Both the position numbers and the translations under genes were made by a program. A DNA stretch of 63,985 nucleotides, filler included, from Alloascoidea hylecoeti (Eukaryota), in assembly GCA_001600815.1 (NCBI GenBank). It is 4 parts of 4 records of this genome, joined end to end, with 100 filler letters (N's around TTAATTAATTAA, not from the genome) between each part and the next. Parts side by side here need not be neighbours in the genome. Positions count along the whole stretch, not along the records: positions 1 to 23,569 come from BCKZ01000041.1; 3 more parts are not named here. One strand, 5' to 3'. Within the stretch, counting starts at the first letter, position 1, and each line of letters starts with the position of its first letter. Below the pieces are notes generated by a model, which did not search any database, was not told the origin of the DNA, and was given only the letters and a program-made list of their open reading frames with translations. Shown here piece after piece: positions 1 to 11,554 of the stretch.

Positions 1-180
1 AATAAATTTTACAATCCGAACCGAAAACTCGTAAAATGCAAACCGAATTCTAAATTCGAATATCTCGTTCCGTCCTGCGATACGGATGGACTCAATCACG
101 TGAGATTTATCATATTCAGATGCATGCGGACGACAACGCATGAAGGTGACTTTGCATGGATCTAAATTTTTCCAACGGTG
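1..180. repeat. Terminal inverted repeat end of a neighbouring copy of the CACTA-like element (ends ...TCCAACGGTG)
   Basis: Near-identical to 4491-4669 and reverse-complementary to 437-612; truncated by the window start. Confidence 0.85.
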
Positions 181-670
181 TTGTAAATATTCACTTAATA
201 ATTGACTGGCTGGTTCCTTTACTATTATTAAAACAAATTAAAAGTTACATATGCATATGAACATTCGAGGCCAAATAAGAGGGATATTTTGTGGTAACGA
301 AGTAGATTTAAAGAAAATTTATATATTACCTATAATTAAGTTTAGATACATTTTAAATTTGAAAAATTAATATACAAAATTATTGGATATATAGTTATAT
401 AGTTATATTAAAATTATTTTTGTTATTACATAGTTACACCGTTGAAAAATTTGGATCCATGCAAAGTCACCTGCATGCGTTGTCGTCGGGAATGCGTCTG
501 TATATGATAAATCTCACGTTTGAGTCCATCCGTATCGCAGGACGGAACGAGATATTCCAATTTAGAATTCGGTTTGCATTTTACGAGTTTTCGGTTCGGA
601 TTGTAAAATTTATTATTATTAAACTTTATTAAAATTTATTAAATATTATAAAAAATATATAATTAAATAG

Positions 671-944
671 ATACTGTATTTTGCAGGTTTTTTATGGGCT
701 TATTTGAGATTTATTTAGTGGTGTGTCCGGGTAATTAATAATAATATGCAAGAGTCCTAATTTAATTAAAGGTGCGAGTTTTGAATAATAAAATGTTTGA
801 AAATGAATAACGATTCCGCCGGGTAATGGATAATAATTCAAACCACCAATTAAATTGGGACTCTTGCATATTATTATTAATTACCCGGACACACCACTAA
901 ATAAATCTCAAACAAGCCCATAAAAAACCTGCAAAATACAGTAT
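671..944. repeat. Internal 87-bp-arm hairpin in the left TIR (671-757 / 858-944); mirrored at 4161-4247 / 4348-4434
   Basis: ATACTGTATTTTGCAGG...GCAAGAGTCC pairs with GGACTCTTGC...CCTGCAAAATACAGTAT, 1 mismatch. Confidence 0.9.
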
Positions 945-1090
945 ACGTGGCTTCAAAAATCCCCAAATTTAACCACATTTACCTAAACACACCGAACAAA
1001 ATGATATCGACATTGTTAACACGAACATATACCCTCCTTGAATTCATCTGCGATTGAAATTATGAATCTACTGAAATTAAATCAACCAGC

Positions 1091-1391
1091 AATAACTTCA
1101 ACATTCATCCTGATCATCTTACGCTTATGAATATGTTGTATCAGATTCATACGATATGCACGTTAACTGAAAACACAACGGAAACCAATGCTCAACTGGA
1201 GGCCATAATTAAGAAGTTTATACCTGCCTATGAANANTNNNNNANTNTTCATAGGCAGGTATAAACTTTTTAATTATGACCTCCAGTTGAGCATTGGTTT
1301 CCGTTGTGTTTTCAGTTAACGTGCATATCGTATGAATCTGATACAACATATTCATAAGCGTAAGATGATCAGGATGAATGTTGAAGTTATT
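1091..1391. repeat. Fold-back palindrome of transposase coding sequence centred on ambiguous bases
   Basis: 1091-1234 is the reverse complement of 1248-1391 with 2 mismatches; the centre 1235-1247 is mostly N. Confidence 0.9.
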
Positions 1392-3067
1392 AGTAAACAA
1401 CAATGATGGTAGTATATTGAGCAGATTGCTGACACATTCCGCAGTAAGATATCCTTTTCCTAACATCATCCCAGTATGAAATGGCCTCCCAAACCCTTGG
1501 AATGGTAGACTGCTGTTACTAGTAACTAACAGCTTATCCAAACGTTTCAGTTCACTATTAGAAAGCTGAAGCTCATCAAATTCGCCCAACAGACTCTTTA
1601 AAACCACCGTTCTCCCCAGATTTTCGAACATTAAGTGCATATAGTCAACGGGGGCAGAACTGCATAATTTAAATGCTGACAAAAAGAATAATTTTGATGA
1701 ACCAGTGATACCACTATCCTTTCTGATATTCATTTTGGTTTCCTTCGAGATGTTCGGATCCTTCAATGATTCTAATGTTTGATTATAATTTTCCACTGTG
1801 CGTGGCTCTGCAGAAACAATACAAGTAGTATTTCTATGCGATTCACAGTTAATCACACCGCGTAATCTTCCATCTGTGTTAGGAATTGATGATACTGATT
1901 TTTTTATTAGACAAAATCTGCATGGGGTTGATGCCGTATGTAATCCAAATTGAAGGAGCTTTGCTGTACCTGGAATATCACCACAGAGTTTGTTAATATA
2001 CACCCTTACTGATTTCACCTTTTTCNAATAACTGTCATAGACTCTGACACCCTTNTCAAGCCTAGCGGCTTCTTCATATAGATGATATAAAAAGCTATCC
2101 ACATCCGATTTAGTCAGAGAAGAGTCTACAACTCGGTTTCCAGGGAAAACCATTAGATTATGTTTTAATTTTGGTAGATTTCTGTGTACCCCCATATTAT
2201 TACAAACAACATCCATAATGATTCCACTTAGATTCCCAGTGCGACAATAAGTAAGTCCATCACTCAAGAGTGTGAGCCGCATGGAGTATACATCCTCGGA
2301 CATTTCGTAGAAATATTCGCCATTCCCATTAGGGACTGGAGTTAGTGACATCTTTTCGTAGAACTCCCCATGCTCCTCCTCACTGTAAATCCCCGGTTGC
2401 TTAATTATTTCTCTATTCAGATGTTTTGCAATTGTCACGTTTCCAAATAGAGTGCGTATATATGGCTCTATTTTGTTGTATAAAGTCTTTTTACTTGATA
2501 CTTTAAGCTCCTCACAATGAGGGCAAGCAGAAATGTTTTCCTGATCACCAGTGAATGCCATACAGAAATTGGAACAGTACCTAACTTCTGTAGGTTTTGG
2601 AATTTGAATGGCGTTGGTTATGGATTTGTAATAGTGGTACATGCTTATTTGTCCTATTATTAGTAACATTGTTTAATATAGCTATATAAATTCATTGAAT
2701 CATGTTTGACTTTTAAGATTCAATTAACTTAAAATCCTATTTAATTTCACAAATATCAATCTNAAAATTAAAATGAATATTGAAAAATAGAGACATGTAC
2801 AGATTAAAATACAATATGATTGATACCTTTAACTCCCACCAATTCATCTGATAATCTTTTATCTTCTCCCATACCTTCCATGAATTGCTTAAGCATATTT
2901 GTCGCATATTTTAATTGTCTACCTTTACATGTGTTTGTGCTCATAACTCCGTCTAAGGTTATTACACTTACTATAATACCCATTATGGAGTTATTTCTGG
3001 ATTTCATGTTCTGCACACTGTTTGTACTCAACGTCGCGATATGCTCATCGGATTCATTAGCTTCCAT
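1248..3067 (-). CDS. CACTA/EnSpm (Tnp2/Transposase_21-like) transposase, 3'-truncated; probable intron 2654-2826
   Basis: Motifs CSNFCMAFTG..CPHC, LTLLSDG, GDIPGTAKL..H...PCRFC and PVDYMHLMFENL are typical of CACTA transposases; a GTATCA...TACTAAT..TAG intron joins ORF 2804-3067 in frame to ORF 1218-2669; the C-terminal catalytic-Glu region is absent. Confidence 0.8.
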
Positions 3068-5061
3068 TTCTCTATTAGGNNNNNNNNNNNNNNNNNNNNN
3101 NNNNNNNNNNNNNNNNNNNNNNNNNNNNNNNNNNNNNNNNNNNNNNNNNNNNNNNNNNNNNNNNNNNNNNNNNNNNNNNNNNNNNNNNNNNNNNNNNNNN
3201 NNNNNNNNNNNNNNNNNNNNNNNNNNNNNNNNNNNNNNNNNNNNNNNNNNNNNNNNNNNNNNNNNNNNNNNNNNNNNNNNNNNNNNNNNNNNNNNNNNNN
3301 NNNNNNNNNNNNNNNNNNNNNNNNNNNNNNNNNNNNNNNNNNNNNNNNNNNNNNNNNNNNNNNNNNNNNNNNNNNNNNNNNNNNNNNNNNNNNNNNNNNN
3401 NNNNNNNNNNNNNNNNNNNNNNNNNNNNNNNNNNNNNNNNNNNNNNNNNNNNNNNNNNNNNNNNNNNNNNNNNNNNNNNNNNNNNNNNNNNNNNNNNNNN
3501 NNNNNNNNNNNNNNNNNNNNNNNNNNNNNNNNNNNNNNNNNNNNNNNNNNNNNNNNNNNNNNNNNNNNNNNNNNNNNNNNNNNNNNNNNNNNNNNNNNNN
3601 NNNNNNNNNNNNNNNNNNNNNNNNNNNNNNNNNNNNNNNNNNNNNNNNNNNNNNNNNNNNNNNNNNNNNNNNNNNNNNNNNNNNNNNNNNNNNNNNNNNN
3701 NNNNNNNNNNNNNNNNNNNNNNNNNNNNNNNNNNNNNNNNNNNNNNNNNNNNNNNNNNNNNNNNNNNNNNNNNNNNNNNNNNNNNNNNNNNNNNNNNNNN
3801 NNNNNNNNNNNNNNNNNNNNNNNNNNNNNNNNNNNNNNNNNNNNNNNNNNNNNNNNNNNNNNNNNNNNNNNNNNNNNNNNNNNNNNNNNNNNNNNNNNNN
3901 NNNNNNNNNNNNNNNNNNNGTTTCCGTTGTGTTTTCAGTTAACGTGCATATCGTATGAATCTGATACAACATATTCATAAGCGTAAGATGATCAGGATGA
4001 ATGTTGAAGTTATTGCTGGTTGATTTAATTTCAGTAGATTCATAATTTCAATCGCAGATGAATTCAAGGAGGGTATATGTTCGTGTTAACAATGTCGATA
4101 TCATTTTGTTCGGTGTGTTTAGGTAAATGTGGTTAAATTTGGGGATTTTTGAAGCCACGTATACTGTATTTTGCAGGTTTTTTATGGGCTTGTTTGAGAT
4201 TTATTTAGTGGTGTGTCCGGGTAATTAATAATAATATGCAAGAGTCCCAATTTAATTGGTGGTTTGAATTATTATCCATTACCCGGCGGAATCGTTATTC
4301 ATTTTCAAACATTTTATTATTCAAAACTCGCACCTTTAATTAAATTAGGACTCTTGCATATTATTATTAATTACCCGGACACACCACTAAATAAATCTCA
4401 AATAAGCCCATAAAAAACCTGCAAAATACAGTATCTATTTAATTATATATTTTTTATAATATTTAATAAATTTTAATAAAGTTTAATAATAATAAATTTT
4501 ACAATCCGAACCGAAAACTCGTAAAATGCAAACCGAATTCTAAATTCGAATATCTCGCTCCGTCCTGCGATACGGATGGACTCAAACGTGAGATTTATCA
4601 TATACAGACGCATTCCCGACGACAACGCATGCAGGTGACTTTGCATGGATCCAAATTTTTCCAATGGTGCACGTGTGTAACATAGATAGAGATCATATGC
4701 TTGCATGTATACCTAATTAAGAACAGTTTAACCATTAAAAGTTTATACTATGTAGAATATTCGGTAGCTGCACTATGCATGTGCATACATTTAAAGTATA
4801 ATCATGATATCAACTCTTGCGGAGAAAATAGGATTCTAATTTGTTCATTAATATCTCCAAATATTAAATTTGAATTTCAGTTATATATTAATAACTAATA
4901 CATAATTTCTAGCTGTAAAAATATTACAATAAAGTATTTGAAACATTTCGATACAACTTAAACGTTTTGATTAGTTGATATCGCGTATACTTTTAGATAA
5001 ACAAAAATGGGCACATATCTATGGTAAAGGAGGATTAGCAATCTTTAACATCACATAACAC

Positions 5062-6666
5062 TTATTCGTTATTTTTATAATTATCATCATTATTATCTAG
5101 GAAATCAGTAAAATAAGCCCCAGAAAATCTTGCTTCATTTTCAAAAGGGAGAAAATAACTCCACAAATACAATGGATTATAACCAATTTCATATTCTTGC
5201 CAAGTTATCATACCAAAAGTAATTACTTGATACTCTAAGTAGGGACTAAGCTCTTCAGGAAATGGTGTTAAAGGAATCTTTAACGTAACATAAGTATCCT
5301 CTGGTTCACTAGCATTAACAACAAGTTTCAATTCATTACCGATTATTCCACAATCATATCTATATTCAGATGTAGAGAGTAAATTATTTTCGAAATCTAC
5401 AGGGTATCCATAAGCAGTAAAATGGTTTGTTTTCCCAACTATAATTCCATCACAATCAATTGAAAAATTATCATCAAAGTCAACATCTAAGTTAACTCTT
5501 TGATAATGAGATATAGGATATGAAAATAGGAGATAAGAATCACCATTTAAGTCAGTATTAACGATTTTTGATATTGGACGTTCAGTAATTTCTGTTGGTA
5601 CAAAATTAAAAATTGATTGTAAAATTTCATAATCATCAGTTGATGACGCAGTATATGATTCAAATATAAATCCAGAAGTAAAATAAAAACATTCACCAGC
5701 TGAGGTTTCTAAATCCAAGTGAGCATATAATTCAACTACACCTGAAAGGCCATATGCGATTTCGGGTGAATCAAGAACTTTGAAACGGATTGAATGTCTA
5801 GAGGCATCCAACCAAGTTCTAAGAATAACCGTTTTAGTCACAATAGAGTCAACTTCTTGTTCAATAAAAATTTCTTTATCGAATTCAGGGATATCGATAA
5901 TTTCACGTGCAATCATCACTTCAAATTCATTATCTATTTCAAAATAATCAGGTAATGTAAAATTAACAGTTAAAAAGAAAAGTAGACCAATATCCGTCGA
6001 AGAAGTAGTTTGAAGATAGGTTCCAGTTTTAAACTCGACGCTTTTAACTACATCAGGAAGACCAAACACATCCGAAGAGTAAGGTTTAGATGTATGGGAG
6101 ACCTGTGCTGGATCACATTCATCAATTGTACGTGTTGGTAGATCGATCACCGGTGGACTGTAAGGAGGGTCGGTTGGTGTTGGTGGAGTATAATATGGAT
6201 CTGTTGGCGTAGGTGGGGTATAAGGAGGATCAATTACCGGTGGACTGTAAGGTGGGATAGTTGGTCTGCAATTGCCTCCATTACCTCCATGATCTCCATG
6301 ATCTCCATATGATATGGATCCATCAGTTCCTTTTTCAATAATAACACAGCCAGAAGGAGGTGGATATGGAAAGTCGGGAATAACAGGAGGAGAAGTAGTA
6401 CATTCAGCAAGAGTAGTAGTATAGGTGGAACCAGGGACAGTGATAACAATGGTTTGATCTTCTTCTTTTGGAGGACGATGGGGTTTGACAGTGATAGAAC
6501 AATCGGGTCTGGTGTCACAAGAAGTGAGTGTAATAGTCTCAAAGGAGGTTGAACCAGGAATTGTTGTTGTGATCAAAATGTTATCGTGTTTAGGCAAGGG
6601 ACTTGCATAACAGCCGCAGAACGCGACAGCTAAAATTGCCAATCTGCTCAAAGAACCACTAGTCAT
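5062..6666 (-). CDS. Secreted Pro/Thr-rich adhesin/agglutinin-like protein
   Basis: Signal peptide, PPYSPPVID/YTPPTPTD repeats, then a beta-rich acidic domain resembling Als/agglutinin Ig-like folds; no hydrophobic GPI tail. Confidence 0.6.
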   Translation of the reverse strand: MTSGSLSRLAILAVAFCGCYASPLPKHDNILITTTIPGSTSFETITLTSCDTRPDCSITVKPHRPPKEEDQTIVITVPGSTYTTTLAECTTSPPVIPDFPYPPPSGCVIIEKGTDGSISYGDHGDHGGNGGNCRPTIPPYSPPVIDPPYTPPTPTDPYYTPPTPTDPPYSPPVIDLPTRTIDECDPAQVSHTSKPYSSDVFGLPDVVKSVEFKTGTYLQTTSSTDIGLLFFLTVNFTLPDYFEIDNEFEVMIAREIIDIPEFDKEIFIEQEVDSIVTKTVILRTWLDASRHSIRFKVLDSPEIAYGLSGVVELYAHLDLETSAGECFYFTSGFIFESYTASSTDDYEILQSIFNFVPTEITERPISKIVNTDLNGDSYLLFSYPISHYQRVNLDVDFDDNFSIDCDGIIVGKTNHFTAYGYPVDFENNLLSTSEYRYDCGIIGNELKLVVNASEPEDTYVTLKIPLTPFPEELSPYLEYQVITFGMITWQEYEIGYNPLYLWSYFLPFENEARFSGAYFTDFLDNNDDNYKNNE

Positions 6667-7929
6667 TGCAAGAATGAAGTAATCTTAACTAAATTATCTC
6701 GGAGGAATAAAAAAGGGGGAAAGCGCTTTTTTTATAGAGTTGAAATAATGGTATATTTAGAATGAAAAGACCCTTTTTCGTATTTGTGGGGAAGCAGGGC
6801 CCGAGATGACCTGCATATATCATAAATCGGTTGAACGTAGGCTCCGAAATTGCTTTTACTATTGGTTTACTTATGTTTTTAATAGAATCTAAATATAAAT
6901 GTATATCTATTTATATATTTTCACCAACTGAGTAGAAGGTTCTATCAATATCCGCTAGTTCAGAAGTAGCTAGTTCACTTAACGTCGCAGCTACAGCTAA
7001 TTCATTAATAATTGGACTTGATACTATAAAATGTATAAATTAATTTTAAAATCTCCAATAAAACATATGTTGCTTTATAACAATCTAGTTCAAATGATAA
7101 TTTAAAAAATGGAATTTCATTAACATCAATTATATATTAGGTCTGATTCGAAACCTTTTAAATTATTTATTGATAATCTGGTTGAATTTTTAACTCTTGA
7201 ACTTTAACCATTTAATGGACTTTATCCTCTAAACTGTAAATTGAAGATATAAGAAGTGTAATAAATTCTTAAAAATTACATTTTTTATCAGATATTTCTC
7301 CTAGAATATAACTAAGCTGAAATAATTATGTTGGACTATAATAACGATTAGTTCAATGCATATGTATGAATATAAGAAATTAGGCGTTAGACATTAGACA
7401 TTATTGAGATACTTCATTCTCATCTGTATAAGCCCAGCCATCAACTTCATAATAAGGTTCATTATTCATTTAGGTTCACTAGATTTGTATGATAAAGGAA
7501 AGGTGAATTTGAAGATTTGTGTTAAATCTAAAGATCCTTAAACCTTACCTCCCTGTAAGAAACAGAGAGTAGATGAACAGAATTTACTTCAATTTCCGAA
7601 CCATTAGCAACTGCTTATATAGCAAGGGATATGATTTTTGATTTACAGATATTTGCTGTTTTAACGACTACTTGAACATGACCACCATCAGATCCATCAT
7701 TAATTTTCCAAGTAGTACTATAGACCTATGCCTGTGCCATACTAGTGAATTTATTTGTAAATCTCTGGAAAGAGAGAAATTTTAATTGTTAATAAATATA
7801 ACCTATGCTGACTGTCTTTATGGTAGCTTTGAATAAAATTTGTACTGTATCTGAATAATAATATTAATGCGTAAATATATGATCAACAAGTCTTTCGTTT
7901 ATAAGTATAGGTATTTATTTTAGTTGGCA

Positions 7930-8062
7930 TGGTCGAATATTAGTTCAAGGTGTGGCAGAGTATTTAATTCAAGAAATGGTCGAATCTTTATGCATGAATG
8001 TGGTTGAATATCAAGTTTAAAGAGTGGCCGAATAATTTGTGCATAATGTGGCCGAGTTATTA
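7930..8062. repeat. Degenerate ~24-bp tandem repeat, 6 units (core TGGCCGAATAT)
   Basis: Unit starts at 7930, 7953, 7977, 8001, 8025, 8049. Confidence 0.7.
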
Positions 8063-8919
8063 TTATTAATTTAATTATTAATTTAACGTCTAAGTGAATA
8101 TTTAAGGAAGGCTAGGGGAATATTTCGATCAATCAGTATGGCCTATATTAACCCAAAGAATTGTCTAAGTTTGGATTTGCACAGATCAGGTAACTGCACC
8201 TTCTCCATTTCCATTTTCAGATTATCGAGGAGTACTTGCATATAAAATGTTAGCCGCTTCAGATAAAATCACTTTCCTTAACGGAGCACGACTTCCATCA
8301 AGTCTAATCTTTTGGAGTTCAAAGTCACAAGAAATGGTGAAAGTTCTTTTAATAATATTCAATAATAAATAGCTCTTAAAATAATATATGAACTTGATTT
8401 TTAAACCTTCCTTTTAAATATTGCCATCATGGTTTATGTTTTAATATTATCATCAATTTTCCATTCAACAATTAACTGTAAGTGTATGTAATATTACGTA
8501 GTTCTATTAGTAGGACATAATAAACAGTGAATAAATCTACTGCTGTTATGGAAAAACAAATACTTCACATGGAACATAGAACAAATCATACAAATCTACA
8601 AAATTATCAAACTGTCATCTATTTTTACTTTGTAAAAACCATTTGTTTTGTGTATTTATAACTATAATTCAGCGCTTAATATTTTGTAGTGTTGACCCTG
8701 CCCATAAGTAGTATACTCATCGCGATTGTATAAATTTACTTAATTTCACTTGTTTTCTACACATTTTCCCAAATACAATTCTCCTCATTAGCTTGAAACT
8801 ATCTCAACACCACAGCTATTCAGAGAACTTACAAAGATTGATAGTTACATCCTCTATAATTAAATTCCTATTTATATCTTTTTCAATTCTTTTTCTTTTG
8901 CACTATTATTCACAAACAA

Positions 8920-9438
8920 GATGGCAATTTATCCAACTCCAAAATACATCTTCATCCTCTGGAAGAATGGAACTCGTGGTACTCCAAAAATGAAGCTGAA
9001 ATAAAGAGGTTACCACAAGATCGCAATAGCGATATGTATATCTTGCTTTTACGAGATGAATACGGCAGAGAAGCACTTGCTGGATTCAACGAAGAAGTCA
9101 AAATGTTGTTTGAAATGAGATATCTTCAAATTTATGAATACGATAATATTTTTGGTAAACATACCACCTGGTCACCTTTCTTAACAGGTTCTGAATGGAA
9201 GGAGCTTGATTCACAAGTAGTACAATTTTATAAGGATAACAAAGGTAAAAGAGATCTTAGATTTAAATCTGTATCTGCTTTTAATAATTTTGTGTCCCTT
9301 GGTGCTCTCGCTACTACTAAAGCATATGCAGCTGGAACTAATAAGGTTAATAATATTCAATCATCCACTACGGATCAACCACGACACACGAATCAAGAAT
9401 CGGTACCTCTAGACCAGGAAGCATCCGACCGTTTCTAG
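8920..9438 (+). CDS. Orphan hypothetical protein (start uncertain); degraded paralogous fragment at ~10580-10680
   Basis: Frame is open from ~8920 through the 134-aa ORF 9034-9438; ATGAAG(C/T)T(G/A)AAATAAAGAGGTTACCA...ATGTATATC recurs at 10581. Confidence 0.4.
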   Translation, partial: DGNLSNSKIHLHPLEEWNSWYSKNEAEIKRLPQDRNSDMYILLLRDEYGREALAGFNEEVKMLFEMRYLQIYEYDNIFGKHTTWSPFLTGSEWKELDSQVVQFYKDNKGKRDLRFKSVSAFNNFVSLGALATTKAYAAGTNKVNNIQSSTTDQPRHTNQESVPLDQEASDRF

Positions 9439-11554
9439 ACGAATTATCAGTGATGGGGTTTTGGAGTTTTTCATTTATCATATATAAGGGCTGGCTATGA
9501 AGGTCATCTCTATATATTTATATTCATATTTATAATATTAATATATTCAATTAAGTTAACAAGAATATAATTATATATAATAAACAAATGCATGAATTTC
9601 ACAACATCCCAAAAATATGCTCTTACTTATTTTAAATGTTAAGTATATGGTTTCGTATTTAAATTTGTCACCAAACCACTTCACTTGACCCATTTATTCT
9701 TAATGAGAATCAAAAACCTAGGTCATCAATAATCCAAATCTGAAACTCATAAACTGACCTATTAGTTGTCTATGCAATTACTTCGCGGTTTTTGGTTGAT
9801 TTGTTTTATTTAATATATTCCATATGGATGAGAATTTGGGAAAGGGGGCTTTTGTAAGTTTTGTAAGGGAGTCGCTGGTGGGGCGTAAACAATAGAAATT
9901 CGAGCATCAGTTCTTTTTCCGCTTCGAATTAAAATTATCTGGGATTATACTAATAGTTGGCAGCTGAGTATGATAGACTGAGAGATTTAGGCGCCGTATA
10001 TTTGTCATCTGTTAATAAAATGAAAACTAGTTAACCAGACTTTATGAAGTGCTATGAAGTTAATGATTAATAAGATAATGAATCTAAAGAGCTATAAGGA
10101 GTAAAAGAAGTAAGTGAACAGATGGAAATAAATGAATTAAACGAGACTACTGATAATATAGGGGAGTATTACCGGCAGATAATGTTTATAATTGTTGGCA
10201 GTTCATTCACAACTTCAATGAGAGACTGTTATTTTAATATTTCATTGATATTGATTATTAAATATTCAATAAGGTAAATAGAATTTTATTTATATAAAAC
10301 TATCTATTAATAATAAAGGTATGTGTTTATATTCTTTGGTTGTAGCAACAGTTGTAGTTTCTATTCCCGATCTTTTTAATTAATTAATCGATTGAATTTT
10401 ATTATAAATTCTCCTTTCGTTTATATATGATTCATAATTAGGAATGAAGTAAAATGAAATTTCTATCAAGAATATTTGTTCGAACTCACTCCATTTGAAA
10501 AACGGTTTCCTTTCTTTTGCATCATATTAAATAGATTATAACAAGATAACTATTCACGCTATTCATATATATATACCAGAAATGAAGTTAAAATAAAGAG
10601 GTTACCAAATAACAGAATAGTGAAATGTATATCAACACATTTACAGAAAAGCACTTGTTTGAGATATCAAGTTCAATAAGGCGGTCGAAAGGTTATCTGC
10701 AATCTCATGTGTTCAAGAATGTTCCCCAGTTACTATGAATCTTTAGTGGGGTGTCAGTATAACCGAATTTTAGAAAAGAGGAAACCCACATTCATGCTTT
10801 TTTTGTGATTGACATGGAACTTGGGTAACTCATGCTGAAGATGTTGTTAGATTTGTAACAGCTAGCAAGTCAGATTTTAATCTCCCACCATAAGAAGGTA
10901 TTACAAGTTTGATGTTGCATATATGCAGGGATGCATGTTATGGAGGGTGCCTATCGTATATTTTCCATATTATTAGGGTCAAGAATCTTAAATAATGATG
11001 ATCTATTAGTGCTGTCAGTTCCAATATCAAATCTTCTTCAGAAACCGAAAACTTTTCCTTTGTTTTTATTAATCTGTTTTTCGATTAGAAGTGTTTTTTT
11101 TAACTGATTCTTTTGAGAGGATCTGGGAATGGTGAAGTCTCTTTCGATCCTGTTATACGGGATACTTTATCCGTAAACTCAACCGATGATTGTCCTTTCC
11201 CTCTCTGAATTAAGATATTTTTAGCATGGTGGTTAGTATTTCACGCCGCATTTTCACAGATGTAGTTTCCTTTGGTAAATGATCGCACGAGGAAGGAAAG
11301 AAGTGCATACTTTAATTATATGAAGCTTGGAGACCTTGATTTACATAACGTTTGACAAAATATTCATTATATACATATATTTATATCTAAATGTAGTTAT
11401 AATTATATATTGTAGCTATTGTAACTATCCAATAAGCTGAAAATTGATTATAGTCGTGTGTTGATTTTTAGATAAAAATCCATTTTAATGAAAAGCAGTT
11501 TTTTAATAACTAATAATTTTTATAATTAAATAGTAATATGAATAAGATAATCTA

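Larger units (their letters stand above)
437..4669. mobile_element. CACTA/EnSpm (CMC)-type DNA transposon region bounded by ~750-bp inverted repeats with CACC...GGTG termini
   Basis: 437-1183 is the reverse complement of 3921-4669 (CACCGTTGAAAAATTTGG vs CACCATTGGAAAAATTTGG); encloses a transposase ORF; internal gap 3080-3919; no matching target-site duplication seen. Confidence 0.8.

Noticed and set aside
420..632. Duplicated short ORFs 420-632 (+) and 4473-4706 (-)
   Set aside because: Chance frames within the inverted repeats; no coding signature
2820..3980. Long ORFs spanning N runs (also 33993-34974)
   Set aside because: Artefacts of translating assembly gaps
7400..7740. Coding-like minus-strand relic (STTWKINDGSDGGHVQVVVKTANIC)
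   Set aside because: Interrupted by stops and not assignable to any family I recognise
7930..8062. CRISPR-like array
   Set aside because: Eukaryotic context, degenerate units with no unique spacers of suitable length, no cas genes
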